Below are positions 1 to 6,751 of a DNA stretch of 14,724 nt, one piece after another (within the stretch, counting starts at the first letter, position 1; each line of letters starts with the position of its first letter). The notes under the pieces were generated by a model. It had not been told where the DNA came from, ran no database searches, and saw only the letters and a list, made by a program, of their open reading frames with translations. This DNA is from Bdellovibrionota bacterium FG-2 (lineage in GTDB: Bacteria > Bdellovibrionota > UBA1018): contig JBBCAV010000020.1 in NCBI GenBank assembly GCA_051382305.1, forward strand, positions 1-14,724, read 5' to 3'. A program made the translations under genes and the position numbers.

Positions 1-57
1 CACAAGTCCAAGCCAGCCTAAAGCTCTGGGAATCTTGGAATTCGACTGCGATCTCAC
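1..57 (-). CDS. N-terminus of probable thiamine ABC transporter permease (runs off the left edge)
   Basis: GTG at 57-55 overlaps the thiB stop (GTGA). The frame is open to the edge and reads MRSQSNSKIPRALGWLGLV, entering a hydrophobic segment. Position after thiB fits thiP, but only 19 codons are visible. Confidence 0.5.
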   Translation of the reverse strand, partial: MRSQSNSKIPRALGWLGLV

Positions 58-1178
58 CGGCGTTCTACCTCTTTTTGCCATAAAGACAAAATGCGTGCGG
101 TTTCAGCAGCGGACTTTTCAATTCGGAACTGGCGCCTAGGAACTGGCAACCCCTTGTAACTTCCAGGCAACCCCACGCCTTGGCGAACGGGAAGCATCCA
201 ATTCGCATGGGCAATGCGTGTTTGGGATTGGGGAGTGAGGAGAAATTCCAAAAAAGCTTTTGCAAGTTTTTCGAGGGCATCGTTTGCGGCAGAGGACCCC
301 ACCCACAAGGAACGTTTAATCATCGCGGCGCCTTCGACTTGAATCGGTTGTCCTTCTTCGAACAAAAAGGCGCGATACCGACGCTGCTCACCTTTTGAGT
401 CTCCGTGTTCTTGATGATAAGCCTCACTCGTCGAGTAACTCCAAACAAGGGGGGCTTCTTTTCTCAAAAAAAGGCCATAGGCCCCGTCCCAACCGGGAGT
501 GAGTGTGAGCCATTGCGACTTAAAAGACGCCCAAAAGCTTTGAAATCCCGCACCAAGCACTTCATTCGTAAAAAGGAGAAAAGCTAATCCAGGACTCGAA
601 GTTCTGGGATCCTCTAGAATAATATTACGACGATATTCGGGTTTCAGAAGATCGGCGAGTTTTTGGGGCGGCGAAAGTTTAAGCCTTGTGAGTTCCGTTT
701 GATCGCCCATCAGCGCGAACACCCCGTAATCAAAAGGAACGAACCCCTCCCCCACTTTTGTTTCGACAATCAAATCAGAATAACCCTGCGGCGTCCATTT
801 CGGCATGGCTTCAAGATAAGGCTTTGCCTGTGCAAAAAGCTGTTGATCAAGGCCTAAAACAAGGTGCGCATCTGATTTGCCACGTTTTTCATCCAGCTGA
901 AGCCGGGTCAACAACTGAGCGGCGTCTCCAGAAGCAAGGAGTCGCACCTTGCACGCGCATTGTTTTTCAAAAAGAGGAATTATTTGTGAGCCCGCCCCTT
1001 TAGGAGAAGCAAAGCTGTCGTAGGCGTAAATGACGAGTTCAGAAGGGGCAGCATAGACAGGGGCCGCGGTGATTCCGCAGATTCCGATAAGTCCCAAAAC
1101 CGCCAAAAATCCCGACAAAATCGTTGTGCTTATTACACCGCAGCCAACTCTTTTGCTCGGACATAACGCTTTTTTCAC
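54..1178 (-). CDS. thiB: Thiamine ABC transporter substrate-binding protein (ThiB/TbpA family)
   Basis: N-terminal export signal. Family motifs LVIYAYDSF, FEKQCAC, VPFDYG, EDPRTSSPGLAFL, GWDGAYGLF, VWSYSTS, QVEGA and NWMLP are present. Confidence 0.92.
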   Translation of the reverse strand: MKKALCPSKRVGCGVISTTILSGFLAVLGLIGICGITAAPVYAAPSELVIYAYDSFASPKGAGSQIIPLFEKQCACKVRLLASGDAAQLLTRLQLDEKRGKSDAHLVLGLDQQLFAQAKPYLEAMPKWTPQGYSDLIVETKVGEGFVPFDYGVFALMGDQTELTRLKLSPPQKLADLLKPEYRRNIILEDPRTSSPGLAFLLFTNEVLGAGFQSFWASFKSQWLTLTPGWDGAYGLFLRKEAPLVWSYSTSEAYHQEHGDSKGEQRRYRAFLFEEGQPIQVEGAAMIKRSLWVGSSAANDALEKLAKAFLEFLLTPQSQTRIAHANWMLPVRQGVGLPGSYKGLPVPRRQFRIEKSAAETARILSLWQKEVERR

Positions 1179-1181
1179 GAA

Positions 1182-1652
1182 TTAAGAAACCTCGATTTTC
1201 TTGACGCACTCCAGCGTACGCTCAACCGTGTTCAATAACTCCGGCGCCATACGAATCGCCTCATGGACGACGCGGCCGGAGGCTTCAATCAGGTACTCGT
1301 GGACAATATCATTGCGCAGTTGGCGGAGCATTCTCCACTCTGCCGCTGAAGAGATCACCCCGCGCTTCTCCATCCGGTTTAGCCGATCAATATGCGAACC
1401 CTCATCATTGAGTTCAACTTGATCGAGCGTTCGAAAAAGACGCTGAAAAAGCAGATCGGATAACCGTGAAAATCGAGCAGTCGCCGCTTCAAGCGTCTCT
1501 CGCTCCTCAATTGCAGGAGACGATGCGGGCTGACTTGCAAGTCGCGCCAGCACCTTTGAAGAGCGCTCCACGGATTCGCGCAAGGCCGCCGCGGCTGTAA
1601 CGGCCAAGACCATTTGTTCGTTTAAGAGAGTGAGGTAGGGTTTCGACTCCAT
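1182..1652 (-). CDS. HEPN-domain RNase toxin (HepT-like / nucleotidyltransferase substrate-binding family)
   Basis: Helical 156 aa protein with RF near the N-terminus (ARFSRLSD), DRLNRMEKRGVI, and W-xxx-R-xx-RNDIVHEY, which matches the RX4HXY HEPN motif. Overlaps the upstream MNT gene by 31 nt. Confidence 0.9.
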   Translation of the reverse strand: MESKPYLTLLNEQMVLAVTAAAALRESVERSSKVLARLASQPASSPAIEERETLEAATARFSRLSDLLFQRLFRTLDQVELNDEGSHIDRLNRMEKRGVISSAAEWRMLRQLRNDIVHEYLIEASGRVVHEAIRMAPELLNTVERTLECVKKIEVS

Positions 1653-1981
1653 AAATCCGCCTTTGTTGGGAGAATAATTTGATAAAAAGCCTTGAGTTGA
1701 GGATCCTTAATCTTTTCGAAAGGACCCGAGATCTTCAGATCGATTTTTTGTTCTCCAATCTCATCTTCTATCGCAAGCCGCAGCTGGCGCCCCACAAGAG
1801 CGGGGTCACTGCAAAGCTGATCCAGCTCAATCCACAAATCGATGTCGCCCCCTCGCTTCTGCATGTCAGTACGGGAGCCAAAAAGTGAAATTCGAAGAAC
1901 CTGCGTGGGCAAACACTTTAAAACAGCCCTGCAGATTCCTGTGATTTCTTCTGAGGTAAGGCGAACCGAAAGAGGAGCCAT
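1622..1981 (-). CDS. Minimal nucleotidyltransferase (MNT) antitoxin, MntA-like
   Basis: 119 aa with RLT-EE at the N-terminus, LFGSRTDMQKRGGDIDL (GS...DxD pol-beta NTase motif) and a distal GEQKIDL. Directly upstream of a HEPN gene. Confidence 0.92.
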   Translation of the reverse strand: MAPLSVRLTSEEITGICRAVLKCLPTQVLRISLFGSRTDMQKRGGDIDLWIELDQLCSDPALVGRQLRLAIEDEIGEQKIDLKISGPFEKIKDPQLKAFYQIILPTKADLWSRNPTSLS

Positions 1982-1989
1982 CGTGCTTC

Positions 1990-2020
1990 AAAAGTAGCTT
2001 AGTCAGCATTGCCAAGCTAC
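1990..2020 (-). terminator. Hairpin followed by a short U tract upstream of the MNT gene (terminator/attenuator, or operator)
   Basis: Inverted repeat GTAGCTT (1994-2000) / AAGCTAC (2014-2020). As minus-strand RNA it extends with a G-U pair and one bulge to about 11 bp and is followed by UUUU (1993-1990). Confidence 0.4.
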
Positions 2021-2063
2021 CTCGCAATCCTATTGTTTGACAAAGGGTTTTTAAACCCGCAAG

Positions 2064-2393
2064 TTATTTCAGCTCTGGATTGGTCTCTAAAGAAGGGGAC
2101 ACTTCGACCTTAGGCTTTAGCAATCGAACCTTACTTACGCGCTCTTCGCCTTCTTGTTCAAACCGCCAGAGGACTTCGCAGTTTTGGAGGTGAGTCGTCG
2201 TTTCTTCCTGATGAGAGCGAATGTGAACAATTCCATTTTCGAAAAGAGTGACGTCGGCATTATCGACATAAGTGCCTTCTTCGCCGGGATAGAAAAAAAT
2301 TACGCGCATGGCGTTTGCACGCTTAATGATTCCGGGACCAGAACCTTGTTTCCCCGAAGCACCGATTTTTGACAAACCCTTGAAAAATCCCAT
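2064..2393 (-). CDS. Hypothetical small beta-rich protein (~109 aa; the ORF extends to 2546)
   Basis: Protein-like core RVIFFYP...NCEVLWRF. ATG at 2393 has GGGGA upstream. ATG at 2546 also has a purine-rich RBS, so the start is uncertain. Confidence 0.65.
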   Translation of the reverse strand: MGFFKGLSKIGASGKQGSGPGIIKRANAMRVIFFYPGEEGTYVDNADVTLFENGIVHIRSHQEETTTHLQNCEVLWRFEQEGEERVSKVRLLKPKVEVSPSLETNPELK

Positions 2394-2668
2394 ATTCATC
2401 CCCAATCTCAAGTCTCGCAGAGCTATCAGTTCGCCCTGAAATTGGCAACACCTTGCCAACCATCTCTTGCTTCCCATTATGAAAGGTCCCCCAGACCTTG
2501 ACAAGTGCTGCATGTAGTCGCTCGCTGTTTTAATCAAAATACTCATTGCCCCTTTCCTTGAAACAAATAGTATGGGACGAATAACAGGAAACGACTAAGA
2601 TCAGCAATGCGGATCTGCCAAAGCGGCTCGCATCATTACAAATTTCCAGAAGAAAACACGAGGGACTC

Positions 2669-2908
2669 ATGTCAGAAGATATCAAGCAAGAACTCGAAAG
2701 ACTCCGCGCCGAAAACGAAGCACTTAAGAAAGTCTCGTCTAAAGGCCTCTCAATGAAAGTCAGCGAAAAAGGCGCGCTCTCAGTCTACGGCCTCGGAAGA
2801 TTTCCTGTCACGCTCTACAAAGAACAGTGGAACCGCCTGCTCGATACAACTGAAGACATTCGCGCATTCATCAAAGCTAACGACACCGCACTCAAAACCA
2901 AGGGGTGA
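2669..2908 (+). CDS. Conserved small hypothetical protein (coiled coil plus KVSEKGALSVYGLGRFPVTLYKEQW domain)
   Basis: RBS GAGGG before the ATG. I recognise the motif as a recurrent uncharacterised bacterial family. The stop overlaps the next start (GTGA). Confidence 0.9.
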   Translation: MSEDIKQELERLRAENEALKKVSSKGLSMKVSEKGALSVYGLGRFPVTLYKEQWNRLLDTTEDIRAFIKANDTALKTKG

Positions 2909-3570
2909 GCCTTACGGCTGCTCAGGGAATAGTCCGAGATAAGTCTATCGCCCAATACGAACTGGGAAGTCTTCGAAATTTTGTTTATCTCATTCTCGAT
3001 TGGTCTACGCTACAGGCAGCCGTCGTAGACCCAGGACAGGATTTATCGACGATTCTTTCAGACCTCGCTCGTTATGGATTTACCCTCACGACGATTCTTC
3101 TTACACACGGACATTTTGATCACATTGGCGGGGTTTTGCCTCTTTGCGAGAAGTTTCCCGAGATTCAGGTCATCGGTCACGCACATGAGTTGAGTTCGGT
3201 TCGCGATATAAAGACTTCGCGTGAAGTTGTGGATCTTCAAAAAATCCAAATTGGGAATTTACACCTCACCGCCCACCACACTCCCGGACATACAGCCGGT
3301 GGGATGTGCTTTGAGGTTCACTCCTCTCCTCCGTATCTTATCACGGGCGACACCGTTTTCATCGGCGACTGCGGACGCACCGATCTTGAGTCTGGAAGTT
3401 CAGCGCAGATGTTTGAGTCAATTGAAAAGCTGCGCAAACTCCCGGGCGGATCCGTGATTCTGCCGGGCCATCACTACGCACAGGCTTGCACCTCTACCCT
3501 TGAACATGAGATTAAGCACAGCAAAGTGTTTCAATGCAAAAGCGTGAAGGAGCTGGAGGAGTTGCCTTAG
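2905..3570 (+). CDS. MBL-fold metallo-hydrolase (glyoxalase II / hydroxyacylglutathione hydrolase-like)
   Basis: NFVYLI, VVDPG, THGHFDH (HxHxDH), HTPGHT, TGDTVF, CGRTDL and PGHHY motifs. Confidence 0.93.
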   Translation: MSLTAAQGIVRDKSIAQYELGSLRNFVYLILDWSTLQAAVVDPGQDLSTILSDLARYGFTLTTILLTHGHFDHIGGVLPLCEKFPEIQVIGHAHELSSVRDIKTSREVVDLQKIQIGNLHLTAHHTPGHTAGGMCFEVHSSPPYLITGDTVFIGDCGRTDLESGSSAQMFESIEKLRKLPGGSVILPGHHYAQACTSTLEHEIKHSKVFQCKSVKELEELP

Positions 3571-4241
3571 CGCGCCAGCGTGTCTCTCAACACTTTAATC
3601 TGCTTATCCAACAACTCCCGGCTCCCGGTGCGCTCTTTTTGAGTCTGCGCGCGGATCGCCTTCGTGACGTCTTGCACTTGTTTCATCGCTTGTTTTTTCA
3701 CCAAGCCTGCCATCGAAGAACCCGGGACGACAAAATTATAATAAGCCATCAAAGTGCCCGTGCCCAACTGTTCGAACCGAGCATTGCCTACGGTAGACTT
3801 CGTCGAATCCGCACGAATAAGCGTCCAATCCACACGATAACTCGCGCCACCATCATAGGCACTCAAAGTATCTTGAACGGTATAGCTCTCATCGGAGAGG
3901 ATGGGGATATGGATCGTGTAGTCCACATAAACGGATGTTTTACTGATCCTTTTTGAGATTTCAGATTTTAAAATATTAGGAATATAACTCTTCTGAAAAC
4001 CATAGTCTGAAAAAACCGCAGCCGCCTCTTCTGGCGTAGAATCAATCCGGAGATAGACAAAAGCTTTAGGCCAAGGAGACCCATCAACGTCTTTGGCAAC
4101 GAACACGACTTCACCCTTTTGAATCAACGCTTGCTGATCGGCGGTGAGTTCGTCGTAGGCTCCGGCAAAAGCAGGCGCATGAAAGCCGAATAACCCAGCA
4201 ACCAAGCCCAAAACTGCGAAAAAGCTAAGAACGGTTTTCAT
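3567..4241 (-). CDS. Secreted SRPBCC/START-fold lipid-binding protein
   Basis: AAGGAG RBS and a Sec signal ending AFA. Shows the IDSTPEEAAAVFSDY..QKSYIPNILKS pattern, a beta meander with VDWTL and a long C-terminal helix, as in SRPBCC domains. Confidence 0.7.
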   Translation of the reverse strand: MKTVLSFFAVLGLVAGLFGFHAPAFAGAYDELTADQQALIQKGEVVFVAKDVDGSPWPKAFVYLRIDSTPEEAAAVFSDYGFQKSYIPNILKSEISKRISKTSVYVDYTIHIPILSDESYTVQDTLSAYDGGASYRVDWTLIRADSTKSTVGNARFEQLGTGTLMAYYNFVVPGSSMAGLVKKQAMKQVQDVTKAIRAQTQKERTGSRELLDKQIKVLRDTLAR

Positions 4242-4317
4242 CTCATCTCCTTAATAAAAGTTAAAAACTAAGGGGCGATCTAGACTTTCGTACCCTTGAT
4301 TAGGTAAAGGGTCAATT

Positions 4318-5073
4318 ATGAAACTCTTCCCACGAACGCGATCTTTATGGTTTGGACTCACTTTGCCCTTTGCCGCCCTGAAACTGATTCTAACGCACCC
4401 CATCCTCATGATCCTCTCAATACTTCCCATTGCGGTGTCTGCCGCCTTGTATGTGTTCCTCATTAGCAAAGCTCAGGTGGCCGCAAAATCAGCACTTCTT
4501 CACGGCTTTCAGTCTTGGGGTTGGAACCCCGAAGGATGGGGCGCGACCCTCCTTATTGTCCTCATGAAAATCGGCCTTATTATCGTCGGAGTCCTCACCT
4601 TTTCGCTCATCACCGGAATCGCCGCAGCCCCCCTGAGTGATTGGCTTGCTGAAAAAACTGAAAAGTTCACGAGTCTAACTATCCCCTCGGCAGTCACCTT
4701 TACGATGAGAGCGCGACTACTCCTGCTCGATCTTGGAAAAACCATCCTTGCAACCGGAGCCAGCCTCTTGGCCTTGCTTTTGTCTTGGCTACCACTCGTG
4801 AATCTGGGCGTTTTTGCTTTTGCTTTGATACTTGTGGCGTTTCAGTTTCTGAGCTTTCCGCAAACCCGCCGCGGAATGGGCGTTCGCGCCAGCCTTACAT
4901 TCTTATGGCGCTACCTTTACGCCTGTTTAGGGTTTGGGGCCGCGATTGCATTTCTTTTTGCGATTCCAGGCGTCTCTATTTTTGCGCTCCCGCTTGCGGT
5001 GGTGGGGGGAACACTCCTTTTTGCGCGGGCAGAAGAAGGGGAAAACACAGGCCAAGTGTTCAAGCTTAAATGA
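4318..5073 (+). CDS. EI24/CysZ-like membrane protein
   Basis: Several hydrophobic segments with IAAAPLSDWLAEKTE, WLPLVN, FQFLSFPQTRRG, LGFG, AIPGV and PLAVVGGTLLF, matching the CysZ/EI24 pattern. Confidence 0.82.
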   Translation: MKLFPRTRSLWFGLTLPFAALKLILTHPILMILSILPIAVSAALYVFLISKAQVAAKSALLHGFQSWGWNPEGWGATLLIVLMKIGLIIVGVLTFSLITGIAAAPLSDWLAEKTEKFTSLTIPSAVTFTMRARLLLLDLGKTILATGASLLALLLSWLPLVNLGVFAFALILVAFQFLSFPQTRRGMGVRASLTFLWRYLYACLGFGAAIAFLFAIPGVSIFALPLAVVGGTLLFARAEEGENTGQVFKLK

Positions 5074-5247
5074 GCCTAACGTCGCAACAATGGCTCAAGA
5101 AACCTACGATCGATCAAGTCCTTCTCTCGCACACCTTGCAATTGTCTCAACCTTTACTGAACTTTGTCGCGTGCCAACCTGTTTAGACTTCACAAGTTAA
5201 CTCTAACTTGCCCCATACATTCACACAACCCGGCAAACATTACCCAT

Positions 5248-5274
5248 TAAGAAACTCTCCGCACCCTCCGATGA
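5248..5274 (+). promoter_or_regulatory. Putative sigma28 (FliA) promoter
   Basis: TAAG (5248-5251), 15 nt spacer, TCCGATGA (5267-5274), against the consensus TAAA-N15-GCCGATAA. An AAGGAGG RBS and the ATG at 5305 follow. Confidence 0.55.
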
Positions 5275-5304
5275 GTCTTTTGAGGCAAGGAGGCTTCTAT
5301 AGCT

Positions 5305-6045
5305 ATGAGTGCTCTACGCGGAATCTATTTCACAGGCCTTTTGTTTTTAGGCGCGCTTTCGCTCACGAGTTGCCGTTTTGGCAACCAGGTCGTGAAACCT
5401 CCGGGAACTCAAGCCGCCGCCGAAGCGCTTGAAGGTTTTTTTGAAACCGACCCTCAAAGCCTTAAAGTTTGCGCAACCACTGAGACAACTAAGTGTGCCG
5501 ATATTTCGACTACCCGCCTTCCGGATATGGTTGGCTCTGTCCTGAGTAACCCCGTATATTTCCAGATAAAGTACCCCGATACCGGCGAATCATTTTTTCA
5601 GGACCCCTTTGGAAATGGTGCAAAACTTCCTATTTATGTCGACAACAAAGGGACTCTCTCCTTTCTAGGCGGAACGCCTGCAGAAGTACTCTGGACCGAC
5701 ACCGCCTGCACGACAAAAATGTTTGTTGAAGAAAATGGACAACTCTCGTTTGCAACCGAAACGCGCATAGTGACCAAAGGAGAATACGCCCTTCGCATGT
5801 CCGGCCGGATCGACCTAAAGATACAAGTCATCATCACCTTTGATGGCGAATGCAAAGATACCCTACAAGCCATGTACAACTGCTATGACAACGCAGACCA
5901 ATGCGGTGCTTCAACCGACGCAGACAACAAAGACCGTCATACGGTAGTCCAAAGTCGTTTTAATTACTACATCAAGCAAGGCGTTATGGCGCCCCAGGAC
6001 ATCCTCACGCTCTCGAACCTTGCCTACGACGTTTCCTATCAATAA
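5305..6045 (+). CDS. Hypothetical Cys-rich lipoprotein
   Basis: AAGGAGG RBS, hydrophobic signal with lipobox LTSC (Cys23), and six further cysteines. No family recognised. Confidence 0.8.
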   Translation: MSALRGIYFTGLLFLGALSLTSCRFGNQVVKPPGTQAAAEALEGFFETDPQSLKVCATTETTKCADISTTRLPDMVGSVLSNPVYFQIKYPDTGESFFQDPFGNGAKLPIYVDNKGTLSFLGGTPAEVLWTDTACTTKMFVEENGQLSFATETRIVTKGEYALRMSGRIDLKIQVIITFDGECKDTLQAMYNCYDNADQCGASTDADNKDRHTVVQSRFNYYIKQGVMAPQDILTLSNLAYDVSYQ

Positions 6046-6051
6046 ATGCTG

Positions 6052-6060
6052 TGGTAGTGT
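6052..6060 (+). promoter_or_regulatory. Putative extended -10 promoter for a leaderless rdgB transcript
   Basis: TG-G-TAGTGT lies 6 nt before the ATG at 6067, with no clear Shine-Dalgarno sequence. Confidence 0.4.
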
Positions 6061-6066
6061 TCGCTA

Positions 6067-6714
6067 ATGCGGATCACACAGACGCTCGTGCTAGCAACAA
6101 ATAACTCTGAGAAGTTTGAGGAATTCAAAACTCTCTTCACCGGTTATCCAGAACTCCATCTGACACCCGCCTCTTCGCTCATTGCAAACTCCGAGAAGCT
6201 TGGTTTTGTCGAAAAGCATGACACTTACCTCGAAAATGCGATCGCCAAAGCTCGCGTCGTCAACCGCGCTTGCCATTCGCCATCTCTGGGTGACGACTCG
6301 GGTCTTGAAGTCAAATCACTTGGAGATCTCCCCGGCCCAAGAAGCCGCCGTTTTGCGCCCAAAGCCGCATCGGGGGAGAGCAAAATCACGCAAGATCGAG
6401 CCAATCTTGAGCATCTCCTAAAAGAAATCAAAAAGGCCGGAGGCGGAACCGAAGCCCAGTTCGTCTGCACTCTAGCGTTAGTCATCGAAGGGATTCTCCT
6501 TCACGCCACCGGAGCGCTCGAAGGAAACATCATCGACTTACCTCGAGGGGTGGGAGGATTTGGCTACGATCCCGTTTTTGTCCCCAAGGGCATGACGAAA
6601 ACACTTGCGGAAATGACCCTGAACGAGAAGAATCTGATTTCACATCGTGCCAAAGCACTTCATGCGTTGATGTCTCAAGTGCGGGCCCGAGGAATTTCTT
6701 TCGCTAAACCCTAA
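6067..6714 (+). CDS. rdgB: Non-canonical purine NTP pyrophosphatase (RdgB/HAM1)
   Basis: LATNNSEK, TYLENAIAKA, DDSGL, PG, GFGYDPVF and EKNLISHRAKA motifs are all intact. Confidence 0.97.
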   Translation: MRITQTLVLATNNSEKFEEFKTLFTGYPELHLTPASSLIANSEKLGFVEKHDTYLENAIAKARVVNRACHSPSLGDDSGLEVKSLGDLPGPRSRRFAPKAASGESKITQDRANLEHLLKEIKKAGGGTEAQFVCTLALVIEGILLHATGALEGNIIDLPRGVGGFGYDPVFVPKGMTKTLAEMTLNEKNLISHRAKALHALMSQVRARGISFAKP

Positions 6715-6751
6715 GTAGTAAAAAAGTCGATTCTAAAAAGGAAAATAAAAC

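Noticed and set aside
1170..2063. Mobile-element boundaries around the TA pair
   Set aside because: No target-site duplication, terminal inverted repeats or recombinase gene seen.
2443..2456. Sigma54 promoter TGGCAACACCTTGC
   Set aside because: GG and GC are 9 nt apart on both strands instead of the required 10. It is better explained as a palindrome.
1179..2668. TPP riboswitch upstream of thiB
   Set aside because: No CUGAGA/ACCUG aptamer core found by eye on the minus strand, and the gap before thiB is only 3 nt. A covariance search is needed to exclude it formally.
5160..5177. Minus-strand TGGCACG sigma54 -24 box
   Set aside because: No GC at the -12 position.
6700..6735. Sigma28 promoter before the 6752 gene (TAAA/TAAG...GTCGATTC)
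   Set aside because: Spacers are 17 or 10 nt rather than 15, and the -10 match is weak.
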